Positions 29,772-39,408 of a DNA stretch of 64,000 nt are shown here, piece after piece. The DNA comes from Euryarchaeota archaeon UBA462 (GTDB lineage: Archaea > Thermoplasmatota > Poseidoniia > Poseidoniales > Thalassarchaeaceae): positions 16,243 to 80,242 of the forward strand of contig DAYD01000023.1 in the NCBI GenBank assembly GCA_002506755.1, in the 5' to 3' direction. How positions within the stretch are numbered: position 1 is the stretch's first letter; each line of letters starts with the position of its first letter. The notes beneath the pieces were generated by a model. That model did not search any database. It saw only the letters and a list, made by a program, of their open reading frames with translations, and was not told the origin of the DNA. Position numbers and translations under genes: made by a program.

Positions 29772-31862
29772 ATGGTAGCTGAAACGGGCATTTACATCAC
29801 CTGGGTAACTGGGGCAATCCTCATCAGTATCTCTTTGATGCCATTATTGAAGCCAACCTTTGCAAAAATGAGCGCTGATGGGTTCATTGACATGTTCAGA
29901 CGCTACTGGGCCCACATGGTAATTGTATTCTCAGTTTACTTATGGAAGGATGTTTTAGACGGATTAGATAGGGTATTGATGGCCAATACCCAGTTAGACA
30001 TGACATTCTTGGTGTACTCTATTGAAGGAGATACCGTACTATGGGTACAGGATGGATTGAGGAGCGACTCGTTGGACCTTCTCATGACGCACTTCTACGT
30101 AATGGGATTCATGACTGCAACATTTTCATCATTCATCTACCCAATCTACTTCGATGACCGGCATATGGCGGATAGGGTCTCACTCTCGATGTTTTGGGTC
30201 TACATTCTCGCCATTCCATTCTACTTATTCTTCAACGTAAAGGTTACAGGGAATTATGTTGAAGGAATGGAAACCATAGCATATGACCTTACTCCAGAAA
30301 TACACAATTGGTTTAACAGGATAGATCCCTTTACCAACGGAATGCCGAGTCTGCATATCGGACTACCATTTGCAATATGGTTGTCCATGCATAGGTGGGA
30401 TGAGGATGGAAGATGGAAAAAATTCAGAAATTTCCTAGTAATATTCATTTTAGCCACGTCCATTTCCATAGTGTACCTAGGGATACATTGGTTTGTAGAC
30501 ATTATCGGAGGAATGGTAATCGGCATAATTGCAGTAAATCTAACCTCTAAGACTCATAGCTCTATTTGGAAAATAGCCGACGAGAGGCTTTTCACTAGGC
30601 GCTTGGCAAGAACACTCGACGATCCAATAGGATCAATAAAAAGAACACTCGACTCTTCAAGGAGGCTCATAGACCCATTCAAGGAACCTGGAAAGAACCA
30701 GACTGGAGCAATAATTATCGCAATTCTTGTTTTTACTGGGTCTGTCCTTCTCTGGGACCTGACACATCAAAGGATATCTTTTGAGGAGGCAGAATCGCCT
30801 ACCTCTGCAGCTGGTTCAGGTGAATGGTTAGTCTGGATTGAAGAGACAGATGACGAGGTATCGATCACAGCTGCAAATATCACATCCGGGGCAAACCGGA
30901 GTATCGGGGGCCAACAATGGTTAGAAGCCCCAAGTATTGTATCTTCTGGAAAATCATTCGTAGTTTTCAATAACAATAGGGCAGATTACTTTGAGCAGAA
31001 CGAGGAATCTGGCATACTTCATCCAATCTTGAGGGAGAACTCAATCAAGGACATAATTGACATTTCATTAGCAAAGGAATCCAATGGAAAGGTACACATG
31101 GTAATACTATACAATGAGTCACTGAAGGTAATTGATACATCCGATGGAACTAATAGTCGCATTCAATTGCAGGGCAACTCTTCTCTAGTAGCATCATCAG
31201 GGCCATTGATTGCGGTTTCTGAGTCATCAGATTCCGGACCAATCGTGAATATTACCTCGATTGACTCGGAACTAGTAATCACCATTCCTCTCGATCCGAG
31301 GTTCTCCGAAAGGACCGACCAATCAATTGTCGACACAGGGGTAAATCTAGATTTTGCGAACTCTTCCGTAGTAGAGTTGGTTATGGAATCTAACTGGCTA
31401 GTTGCGACAGTAGATGTCGGCCCGTTCAATAGAACTATTCTTGTTGACACTCTTTCCATAAACCAAACTCATATTTCCAATCCCAGATGGGATTCATCAT
31501 CGCCAAGCATCGGAGATGGGAAGGTTGCTTTCCTACAGGTCACAAGGGACGACCTCTCCCCTCAGGGTGAAGGATTAGTCCGTAATAACGATGTATACAT
31601 CTTTGATTTGGAAACTAGAGAAAGCGTTCAAATTACAAATGATGAGGATGTAGATCAATCACAACCTCAGCTCTTATTCGAGAGAGTTGCTTGGATTGAG
31701 CAGAATCAAGATGATGTAAAGGAAGTTGTCATACACTCGTTTATCGATACCATAGAACCAAGAAACTCACTTTTACTTCAGGCATCGATTCTTGCTTTGC
31801 TGCCACTTTTATTCCTTTGGACAATGCAGAAATACGGGGCCGAACAAGATCTGTTAAGTTAA
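29772..31862 (+). CDS. Membrane protein: N-terminal PAP2-like (phosphatase/phosphotransferase) domain fused to an extracytoplasmic beta-propeller-like domain and a C-terminal TM helix
   Basis: PSLHIGLPFAIW and HWFVDIIGGMVIG resemble PAP2 C2/C3 motifs. The C-terminal part carries TolB-like strands (NDVYIFDLETRESVQITND). Confidence 0.5.
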   Translation: MVAETGIYITWVTGAILISISLMPLLKPTFAKMSADGFIDMFRRYWAHMVIVFSVYLWKDVLDGLDRVLMANTQLDMTFLVYSIEGDTVLWVQDGLRSDSLDLLMTHFYVMGFMTATFSSFIYPIYFDDRHMADRVSLSMFWVYILAIPFYLFFNVKVTGNYVEGMETIAYDLTPEIHNWFNRIDPFTNGMPSLHIGLPFAIWLSMHRWDEDGRWKKFRNFLVIFILATSISIVYLGIHWFVDIIGGMVIGIIAVNLTSKTHSSIWKIADERLFTRRLARTLDDPIGSIKRTLDSSRRLIDPFKEPGKNQTGAIIIAILVFTGSVLLWDLTHQRISFEEAESPTSAAGSGEWLVWIEETDDEVSITAANITSGANRSIGGQQWLEAPSIVSSGKSFVVFNNNRADYFEQNEESGILHPILRENSIKDIIDISLAKESNGKVHMVILYNESLKVIDTSDGTNSRIQLQGNSSLVASSGPLIAVSESSDSGPIVNITSIDSELVITIPLDPRFSERTDQSIVDTGVNLDFANSSVVELVMESNWLVATVDVGPFNRTILVDTLSINQTHISNPRWDSSSPSIGDGKVAFLQVTRDDLSPQGEGLVRNNDVYIFDLETRESVQITNDEDVDQSQPQLLFERVAWIEQNQDDVKEVVIHSFIDTIEPRNSLLLQASILALLPLLFLWTMQKYGAEQDLLS

Positions 31863-32780
31863 CCTAAACATTTCATCTATGCTCTTTTTTGCTTTCCTGA
31901 TCGTCTCCTCATCGAGATCCACTATCTGTTCTGGATAGGGGTCCTTGAGAGCCTGAAGTATGTCTTCAAGCTGGGTCTTTTTCATATGCTTACACATCAC
32001 ACACGAGCCCATAAGATTGAGATGATCTTCTGTTTCAGCCAAGACTCTATCAGCAGTTCCACATTCTGTAATCAACATCAAGTCCCTCTTACCCTGACTA
32101 GCCAATCTAATGGCTTCATCCTTTAGCAACTCGCTACTTCCAATGAAATCACTCTCGTCCAGGACTTCTGAATCGCATTCTGGGTGGCTCAGAACAACTA
32201 GGTCAATTCCATGATCAGACATGTTCTTTCTCCAAGTCCTTATTTTTTCCCCTGTGAATTCGGCATGAACCTCGCACTCACCATCGAAAATTACCACTTC
32301 TTTAATCCCCTTGAGTGATTTCTGCAAGTGTTTGCCCATGAAACGATCTGGAACAAAGATCAGCTTATCGCCTGGGAGCTTCTTACAAATCCCTAGATAA
32401 TTGCTACTGGTCACGCAGACATCGCATTCCGCCTTAACTGCTGCACTGGTATTGATATAGCAAACGACAGGAACTCCGGGGTGCCTTTCTTTTAGGTTTA
32501 CAATGTCCTCCGCAGTTATGCCATCACTCAGTGAGCATCCAGCATCCGGAGATGGGTGTAGTACTTTCTTGTGGGGACTAACTATCTTTGCCGTCTCTGC
32601 CATGAATCTGACACTGGAGAAAAGAATGGTTTGATTCGGTGAATCTCTTGCCTCCTTGGATAGTGCATAACTATCTGCCACAGAATCCGCAACCCCATAG
32701 GTGATGTCGGGTGTTTGATATGAGTGGGCGATGAGGAAAACGTCTTTCTCTTTTTTTAACCGATTTATCTCTAGAGTCAT
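31854..32780 (-). CDS. nadA: Quinolinate synthase
   Basis: IAHSYQTPDI, VRFMAETAKI, LSHPEC and CVMCKHMK motifs. ATG at 32780 gives a 308-aa protein, like short archaeal NadA. In-frame ATGs also occur at 32819, 32924 and 33041; the last would overlap the divergent bud32 start. Confidence 0.8.
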   Translation of the reverse strand: MTLEINRLKKEKDVFLIAHSYQTPDITYGVADSVADSYALSKEARDSPNQTILFSSVRFMAETAKIVSPHKKVLHPSPDAGCSLSDGITAEDIVNLKERHPGVPVVCYINTSAAVKAECDVCVTSSNYLGICKKLPGDKLIFVPDRFMGKHLQKSLKGIKEVVIFDGECEVHAEFTGEKIRTWRKNMSDHGIDLVVLSHPECDSEVLDESDFIGSSELLKDEAIRLASQGKRDLMLITECGTADRVLAETEDHLNLMGSCVMCKHMKKTQLEDILQALKDPYPEQIVDLDEETIRKAKKSIDEMFRLT

Positions 32781-32993
32781 GGGAGCTAGGGATCTGCATA
32801 CTTCTATACTCCATCTCATTGGTTGTTTTATTGCATACTGCAACCTCAAAGCCTCTTTCTCAATTTCCGACTCTGAATACCCGAAAGTCCCTAGGACCGT
32901 TCGTGGAAGTGGAGCGTCGGGCATATCGATGACCATAATACCAATACAACCCGAGACTGCAACCGCTTTGAACTCATCTAGTCTCGGATTGCT

Positions 32994-33644
32994 ATGACGG
33001 ATATGGCCTCTCCAATTTGGAAACCCCGCAAGGTACTCCATGAAGGAGCTGAAGCCACGTTAACTGAGGGTCATTGGATGGGAATTCCAGCAGTTTTGAA
33101 GGTGAGAAGATCCAGAAGCTACAGGCATCCAGATCTAGATAGAAGATTGGTCAAACAGAGGTTAACTGTTGAGTCCAAGGTCATATCTAAGCTTTCCGCG
33201 CTGGGTTTCCCGTGCCCTTCAATCCTCTTGATCGATCAAAACAACTCATCTATCCTGATTTCCAGAATACGCGGATCGCCACTCCATGATATATTAAAAA
33301 AAGGAAAAGCAGGAATTCCTGAATTAAGAAAACTAGGCCACTTGATCAGGAGGCTACACAACCTTGGTATTTCTCATGGAGATCTCACCACACATAATGT
33401 GATGCTCTCAGAAGAGGGGGATATGCACCTCATAGACTTCGGCTTGTCTAGGCAGTCCCCTGAGTTAGAACATCTAGGATTGGATATTCAGGTTCTAAAC
33501 GAGTGTTTGGGAGCTAGTCACTCTACTATTCCCGATGCTATAGAAACGGTTTCTGAGGCATATCTGGAAGAAGAGTCGGAGAAAGCGAGAAGTGTGATTG
33601 ACAGATTCCGTAAGATCACGGGTAGAGTCAGATACCACGGGTAG
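32994..33644 (+). CDS. bud32: Bud32/PRPK-type Kae1-associated serine kinase
   Basis: Small RIO-like kinase with HGDLTTHNVML and LIDFGLS motifs. Confidence 0.8.
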   Translation: MTDMASPIWKPRKVLHEGAEATLTEGHWMGIPAVLKVRRSRSYRHPDLDRRLVKQRLTVESKVISKLSALGFPCPSILLIDQNNSSILISRIRGSPLHDILKKGKAGIPELRKLGHLIRRLHNLGISHGDLTTHNVMLSEEGDMHLIDFGLSRQSPELEHLGLDIQVLNECLGASHSTIPDAIETVSEAYLEEESEKARSVIDRFRKITGRVRYHG

Positions 33645-33651
33645 TGAAAAA

Positions 33652-34245
33652 ATGGAAATCCTATTTGCTACCGGAAATTCAAACAAAGTCTCTGAGGCCT
33701 CATTAGTTCTTGCAAAATTTGGGCATACGGTTTCCCAGCTCAAAATAGATGGGAAAACATTGGATTTTTCAGAGCCTCAAGCAGATGAAATCGAGGAAGT
33801 AGCCATCTCAAAATCATTGCAGGCAAGGGATTTTGTGGTGGGCACTAATTTTGAAAAATCCGCAATCTTAGTAGAGGACTCTGGACTTTTCATAAATTCT
33901 CTAAATGGTTTCCCGGGCCCATATTCATCATTTGTCAAAAGGAAAATTGGATTACAGGGAATCTTGGATCTTCTAGAAAATAAGGATGAAAGAGTAGCAG
34001 AGTACAGGGCCGTTGCAATATTGTCCACTAAAAATGAATCAATTTCCTGCCGAGGAAGATGCATTGGCAAGATATCCAGAGAAATAATTGGCGAAATGGG
34101 GTTCGGTTATGATCCAATTTTCATTCCAGATGAAGGAGATGGGAGGACATGTGGGCAATTAAATCCAGAAGAGAAATCACAAATCTCGCATCGCATGAGG
34201 GCACTAAAGGGGCTTTCTGAAATCATCAATCTCCCGTCAAAGTGA
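33652..34245 (+). CDS. Non-canonical purine NTP pyrophosphatase (HAM1/RdgB/ITPase)
   Basis: MEILFATGNSNK start, GFPGPYS and FGYDPIF motifs. The track ORF starts earlier, at 33598, inside bud32. Confidence 0.85.
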   Translation: MEILFATGNSNKVSEASLVLAKFGHTVSQLKIDGKTLDFSEPQADEIEEVAISKSLQARDFVVGTNFEKSAILVEDSGLFINSLNGFPGPYSSFVKRKIGLQGILDLLENKDERVAEYRAVAILSTKNESISCRGRCIGKISREIIGEMGFGYDPIFIPDEGDGRTCGQLNPEEKSQISHRMRALKGLSEIINLPSK

Positions 34246-34275
34246 ATAGAAGCACTCCTTCCTAGGTGAGAATAC

Positions 34276-35163
34276 ATGTCATCGGGGATAACGCGAATTT
34301 TTCTTTTTGTGGCGATATTGGCCTCATTTCCAATATTTTTCGTTTTCCTTGTTCCCGAGGGCCTACTTATGCAGGTGGCCGGTGCCGTTCTCATTCTCCT
34401 ACTAATCTCATTGGCTCTATTCACAGGAAGGAAACCAATACAACCCAGAGAAAAAAAACCGGAATATCCCCAAAACCAACCATCGGATTTCGGAGATGTT
34501 GAACTGCCTTCTCCGATCTTATCCGAGGAGACTACAAACCAAATACGGGACTCCAAATTAAAAAGAAGTAGAGGAAGAGTTTCGAATTCAGAACCGACGA
34601 TTTCTGAAAGCTTCGAGGTCATTCCTCCCCTGCCTATTTCTTCATCCATTGAAGACGCCTCTCTAATTTCTCCCCATGACGAAGAAGTGGATGGTATTGC
34701 TAAGGTTCACGTAGCAAAATCTGACCCAGAGATGCTTGCAGAAGCGGAGGTAGATCAGTATCTCGCTCAGCAGAGGGTCAGAAGAGCTATCTTCAGAGAA
34801 AGGCTGTATCGAGAAAGAAGAATCGAGAAATCCAAGAGATTAGCAAATGAAGTAAGGAAGTGGGCCGAAACAGAGGACGGAGAAGACCTTTCAACTCTTA
34901 CTGGGATACCGGGTCACGGACTCGCTGTTATGTTTGAACCAGAGTTCCCTAGTCCCGATATCCCCCAAGGAATATCCTACGTCAGAATTGATGACACTAG
35001 AATTCTGAAGGTGAGGGTCTCCTTAGACGTCCATAGTAGCATGGCAGGAAGTCCAACACCTGACGGCCCATTTGCCAATTTACCGACCTCTAATGATCCA
35101 GAAATGCCAATTCCACCACTCCCACTTCCCGACCCTCCTGCCCCTATAAATTCTGAAGATTGA
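34276..35163 (+). CDS. Hypothetical membrane protein with a charged central region and proline-rich tail
   Basis: ATG after AGGTGAG. Two N-terminal hydrophobic helices. C-terminal PEMPIPPLPLPDPPAP. Confidence 0.6.
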   Translation: MSSGITRIFLFVAILASFPIFFVFLVPEGLLMQVAGAVLILLLISLALFTGRKPIQPREKKPEYPQNQPSDFGDVELPSPILSEETTNQIRDSKLKRSRGRVSNSEPTISESFEVIPPLPISSSIEDASLISPHDEEVDGIAKVHVAKSDPEMLAEAEVDQYLAQQRVRRAIFRERLYRERRIEKSKRLANEVRKWAETEDGEDLSTLTGIPGHGLAVMFEPEFPSPDIPQGISYVRIDDTRILKVRVSLDVHSSMAGSPTPDGPFANLPTSNDPEMPIPPLPLPDPPAPINSED

Positions 35164-35203
35164 GATATGATATGTTGAAGCCAAGTCCCCTACTCGATAG
35201 TTC

Positions 35204-36040
35204 ATGTCGACAGAGGTCTTGATCGTAGAGGAAGTGTTAGTTGAGAGTGCTAGTCCCGAAGAGGGCGTTATTTCCGTTTGGACCCTAAATCGCCCGGACA
35301 AGCTAAACGCTTTGAATTCAGATTCGCACATTGCGATAAAAGAGCAATGCGTCAAAGCAGAGTCAGATGATAATGTCAGATGCATAGTAATCCGAGGCGC
35401 TCCGCCTCTGGAGCCAAAGGAAGGAAGGAGGGCAAAACCCCCCGCTTTTGCGGCTGGTGCGGATATCTCCGAGTTTTCAGGAAAGAATTCAGACGACGTT
35501 AGGCCTTTCTTCGAGGAAAATGCTTGGGAGGCAGTTTGGAATGTCTCAAAACCAACAATAGCGATGGTAGATGGTTTCGCTTTAGGTGGCGGTACAGAAC
35601 TCGCTCTTTCTTGTGACATTCGAATATCCTCAGAAAGGTCTACTTTTGGTCAGCCTGAGATTAATTTAGGTCTTATCCCAGGAGGTGGTGGGACCCAAAG
35701 ACTCTGTCGTTTAATTGGATACGGGAGGACAATGGAAATAGTTCTATCTGGAGGGATGGTATCTTCAAGTGAGGCATTACAAATGGGTATTGTAAACAGA
35801 ATAGTGTCCCATGAGGAATTAGAATCAAAAACAATGGAATTAGCAATGGAAATCGCAAGCAAGTCTCCCTATGTTACCAAAGTGGCAAAGAGAGTAGTGA
35901 GGGGGGCATTGGACTTGCCTTTCTCGGAGGGAATTCTAATGGAGCGCTCGGAGTTTGTAGCACTTTTCGATACAGAGGACAAGGAAATCGGAGTTAGCGC
36001 ATTCCTGGATCGATCCGATCCTAAATGGGTGGGCAGGTAA
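35204..36040 (+). CDS. Enoyl-CoA hydratase/isomerase (crotonase) family
   Basis: FAAGADISEF oxyanion-hole region, GFALGGGTELALSCD. Confidence 0.8.
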   Translation: MSTEVLIVEEVLVESASPEEGVISVWTLNRPDKLNALNSDSHIAIKEQCVKAESDDNVRCIVIRGAPPLEPKEGRRAKPPAFAAGADISEFSGKNSDDVRPFFEENAWEAVWNVSKPTIAMVDGFALGGGTELALSCDIRISSERSTFGQPEINLGLIPGGGGTQRLCRLIGYGRTMEIVLSGGMVSSSEALQMGIVNRIVSHEELESKTMELAMEIASKSPYVTKVAKRVVRGALDLPFSEGILMERSEFVALFDTEDKEIGVSAFLDRSDPKWVGR

Positions 36041-36041
36041 C

Positions 36042-36623
36042 CTATCTGAGCATGTTTGAAATTAGTTCCGAGGAGTCATTTTTCCTGGTAGGGTCGACTA
36101 GTAACCAATCAGAAGCCGTACCGGTCACAACCATCTCTTCCTGAATTTCCCTAATCCTGTGAATATTATCCAAATAATGTTCGGCCCTTTTTCCATTATG
36201 CTTCTCTCTTTTTGCAATCATACTTCGATGCCTCTCTTCCTCCGCGATGTACAGAACAACGCCGATTGCAGTCCCACCAGACTCCCTCCAAGCGTCAATC
36301 TCCTCCCGACTGGGAATAATATGAACGCCCTCCAATAATAAATCCGAACCCCTTGTCTTTGCTCTATCAATTACCGCCTTAACTCCTGGTGAAACGGCAT
36401 CCACGGTTTCTCTCCAGTCATCTATTGCTGATTCGCTGAAGTACTCGAAGGATGACCTGTGTAGTTCGGGCAACTCTAGATTGGTGAATTGTGTACGCAA
36501 AACCTCCCTCACAGTGTCGGTTGCCGCAGTCTCCCCAAACCCCAAGCTAAAAGCTAGCTTTGCGGACAACGTGGACTTGCCCACTCCACTAGTTCCAGTG
36601 ATTATTAGAAGCCTAGGCGGCAT
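36042..36623 (-). CDS. P-loop kinase, 2-phosphoglycerate kinase-like (COG2074 type)
   Basis: ITGTSGVGKSTLSAKLA Walker A followed by TDTVREVLR. It starts 7 nt after the ALDH stop. Confidence 0.5.
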   Translation of the reverse strand: MPPRLLIITGTSGVGKSTLSAKLAFSLGFGETAATDTVREVLRTQFTNLELPELHRSSFEYFSESAIDDWRETVDAVSPGVKAVIDRAKTRGSDLLLEGVHIIPSREEIDAWRESGGTAIGVVLYIAEEERHRSMIAKREKHNGKRAEHYLDNIHRIREIQEEMVVTGTASDWLLVDPTRKNDSSELISNMLR

Positions 36624-36630
36624 TAGTATT

Positions 36631-38049
36631 CTACCTCTGGATTGACTTTATTTCAAGGAACTCTTCAAGACCATGCACTCCAAGTTCTCTCCCCAGTCCA
36701 GATTTCTTGTACCCCCCAAATGGCGCAGTGACATTGAATAAGCCTCCATTGACACTCACTTGGCCAGTTCTAATTCTCCTTGCAACTCCGATTGCCCTTT
36801 GCTCATCACCAGACCAGACTCCTCCTGAGAGTCCATATTCCGAGTCATTAGCTAGTTCGATAGCCTCCTCTTCATCCGAGTAGCTGGTAATCGACAGGAC
36901 CGGACCGAAAATCTCTTCTCTAAAAATGTCCATCTCAGGAGTCACATCTGCAAATATCGTAGGTTTGACATAGAAACCTCGATCTATGCCTTCTGGAAGA
37001 CCTTCGCCTCCGGAAACTAATGTAGCCCCCTGCTCAATTCCACTTCTGATGTATGACGTGACACTCTCCTGTTGTTTTCTAGAAACCATCGGACCACACT
37101 TATTGCCCTCTACTCTTGGATCACCAACCGAATATTTTTCGATCTTTGCAGATATGACGTCGATTACCTCTTGCCTGGAATTCTCTGGGATTAGAAGTCT
37201 GGTTAGTGCAGAGCATTCCTGTCCTGAGTTTCCGAAGCAGGCGTGGATTGCTGATGATGCAGCCCTTGGAATATCTGCATCATCTAGAATTATATTTGCA
37301 CTCTTGCCCCCCAACTCCAGAGTTACTCTCTTTACCGTAGGTGCTGCTAATTCAGCTACTCTAACTCCCGCATTGGTAGATCCAGTGAAGCTTACCATAT
37401 CCACTCCTCCGTGTCTTGACATCGCCTCCCCTATCTCCCTGCCATGGCCCGAGACCAGGTTGAAGACTCCTTTTGGGACTCCAATTTCATGAAGCATATC
37501 AGCTAGAGCAAAGGCGTTCAATGGGGCCTCCTTTGATGGTTTTAGAACCATAGTGCATCCTGCTGCAATAGCTGGAGCCACCTTTCCAATTATCTGGTGA
37601 AGGGGGAAGTTCCAAGGAGTAATCATCGCAACCACGCCTATTGGTTCCTTAACAATCAGTGAGTTTCTGATCTCCTGCTCCCACGTATATCCTTCGAGTA
37701 TCTTTGCGTATGATCTTGAAACTACCCTAGGAGTTCCAACCATCGCCATTCTAGAGTACTCGATTGGGGTTCCGACTTCTGAGGTGATGATAGTGGCTAG
37801 CTCTTCTGAATTATCTTTGATGGATGCCGAAAGTCGGTTTAGAATGTCCGCTCGTTCTGCTACCGAAGTACTTGACCAGGCTGGAAATGCCTTTCTGGCA
37901 GCCTGCACTGCGGCATCTACATCACTCTCTCTCGCAACTGGAACAGATCCTATGATCTCTTCATTGGCGGGGTTTACAACTTCGATCTTTCCTTCTGTTT
38001 TGGGAGAAGTCCAAGCTCCATCGATGTATAGGTGTTTACGGTCGTACAT
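36631..38049 (-). CDS. NAD(P)-dependent aldehyde dehydrogenase
   Basis: ELGGKSA and FGNSGQECSA catalytic motifs. The ATG at 38049 (MYDRKHLYIDGAW) is preferred; an alternative ATG lies at 38088. Confidence 0.85.
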   Translation of the reverse strand: MYDRKHLYIDGAWTSPKTEGKIEVVNPANEEIIGSVPVARESDVDAAVQAARKAFPAWSSTSVAERADILNRLSASIKDNSEELATIITSEVGTPIEYSRMAMVGTPRVVSRSYAKILEGYTWEQEIRNSLIVKEPIGVVAMITPWNFPLHQIIGKVAPAIAAGCTMVLKPSKEAPLNAFALADMLHEIGVPKGVFNLVSGHGREIGEAMSRHGGVDMVSFTGSTNAGVRVAELAAPTVKRVTLELGGKSANIILDDADIPRAASSAIHACFGNSGQECSALTRLLIPENSRQEVIDVISAKIEKYSVGDPRVEGNKCGPMVSRKQQESVTSYIRSGIEQGATLVSGGEGLPEGIDRGFYVKPTIFADVTPEMDIFREEIFGPVLSITSYSDEEEAIELANDSEYGLSGGVWSGDEQRAIGVARRIRTGQVSVNGGLFNVTAPFGGYKKSGLGRELGVHGLEEFLEIKSIQR

Positions 38050-38117
38050 GATTGACCCAAGATGTTTCTTCTTATGATATTCATGCATTTCAATAGAGTG
38101 ACCCCCACTCGAGTGTC

Positions 38118-38915
38118 ATGCCCGTTTCCACTGATATGCTCGAGGGGGGCGTTGCAGTCATCACAATGTCCCCGGCAGCCTCACAGAATACCTTCTCAAA
38201 CACCCATTTTATACCGCTGCTTACTAACTTAGAGGAGGTAATGGCAAACCCTTCCTGCAGGTCCGTTGTAATTACTGGAACAGGAAAATTTTTCTCCTCT
38301 GGGGGAAATATTGACGATTTTTCTGAGGCTATAGACAAGGGAGAAATAGGCTCAAAAGTACAGGAAATGACTGGTAGGCTACATCCTCTTTTGTTGAAGA
38401 TCAGGACTTCTGACAAGGTATTCGTATGCGCAATGAACGGGTCAGCTGCTGGTGGCGGACTCGGGTTGGCTTTGTCCTGCGATTATAGGGTATGCTCCCA
38501 CGAAGCCAAGATCCCCTCAGCATTTTTCCGACTTGGACTTTCTCCCGATGGGGGAACGACATGGCTACTGCCAAGATTAGTGGGAAACCAGATTGCTCGC
38601 AAATTCTTCTTCAACTCAGAGGTTTGGTCCGCGGAACAGGCTTTGGAGTACGGAGCAATAGATGAATTGTCGGACTCCGAGCAACTTATGCCGAGATCAA
38701 TAGAGGTAGCGAGGGAGTGGGGAAAGTGGTCATTGAGTTCACGAAGAGGAACAAAACAACTGCTAGATGCATCCACATCGACGTTCTTTGAAACACAGCT
38801 ACAATTCGAGCAGTCCTTGATGGTTGCATCTTCTCAGACCAAGGATTTCACCGAGGGAGTAAGGTCATTCAAAAATAGGCTGGAACCGTCGTTCAATAAA
38901 TCAGAGGAGGAGTAA
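38118..38915 (+). CDS. Enoyl-CoA hydratase/isomerase (crotonase) family
   Basis: FFSSGGNIDDF, NGSAAGGGLGLALSCD. Confidence 0.75.
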   Translation: MPVSTDMLEGGVAVITMSPAASQNTFSNTHFIPLLTNLEEVMANPSCRSVVITGTGKFFSSGGNIDDFSEAIDKGEIGSKVQEMTGRLHPLLLKIRTSDKVFVCAMNGSAAGGGLGLALSCDYRVCSHEAKIPSAFFRLGLSPDGGTTWLLPRLVGNQIARKFFFNSEVWSAEQALEYGAIDELSDSEQLMPRSIEVAREWGKWSLSSRRGTKQLLDASTSTFFETQLQFEQSLMVASSQTKDFTEGVRSFKNRLEPSFNKSEEE

Positions 38916-38916
38916 T

Positions 38917-39375
38917 ATGCCCAGAAAACTGATTGTAATGAGGCATGCAAAGAGCAGCTGGAATAATCCTGACCTCGCAGACCACGACCGTCCATTAAAT
39001 AAGCGAGGGGAAAGAGATTCGCCAAAAATTGCTGAAGAGATTAGCAAGAGGAATTGGACTCCTGATTTGATACTGCTGAGTAGCTCAACTAGAACAAGAC
39101 AGACACTAGATGGAATGGGTAATCGATTTGATGGTATCATTTCGGAGATCAGACCAGGGATTTATCATGGAACAGTCCAGGATCTTCTAGCGGAGCTAGA
39201 TAACATGGTTGAAGATGGAACGACAATGATCTTGGGCCACAATCCCGGTTCTGAACTTCTGATAAAACATCTGTCCGGACAGTGGCACACTATGCCAACT
39301 GCCTCTGCGGCCTTACTTGTGGAGTCAAATGGAATTTGGGAAGTCGAAGATGTCCTACGACCCAAGGAGATCTAG
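38917..39375 (+). CDS. Histidine phosphatase superfamily, SixA-like
   Basis: LIVMRHAKSSW (RHG-type motif), about 150 aa. The ATG lies 1 nt after the upstream stop, with GGAGGAG inside the upstream gene's end. Confidence 0.65.
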   Translation: MPRKLIVMRHAKSSWNNPDLADHDRPLNKRGERDSPKIAEEISKRNWTPDLILLSSSTRTRQTLDGMGNRFDGIISEIRPGIYHGTVQDLLAELDNMVEDGTTMILGHNPGSELLIKHLSGQWHTMPTASAALLVESNGIWEVEDVLRPKEI

Positions 39376-39408
39376 AACAGGGATGGCTGGGAATTTCATC
39401 AGACCAGG

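Noticed and set aside
34107-34649. 180-aa minus-strand ORF bridging the ITPase 3' end and the following membrane-protein gene
   Set aside because: It overlaps two better-supported plus-strand genes, and its composition is typical of an antisense frame.
35080-35619. 179-aa minus-strand ORF overlapping the crotonase gene at 35204-36040
   Set aside because: It is antisense to a gene with canonical crotonase motifs and has no recognisable motifs of its own.
36986-37492. 168-aa plus-strand ORF inside the aldehyde dehydrogenase gene
   Set aside because: It is antisense to a gene with ELGGKSA and catalytic Cys motifs, with Ser/Pro/Thr-rich shadow composition.
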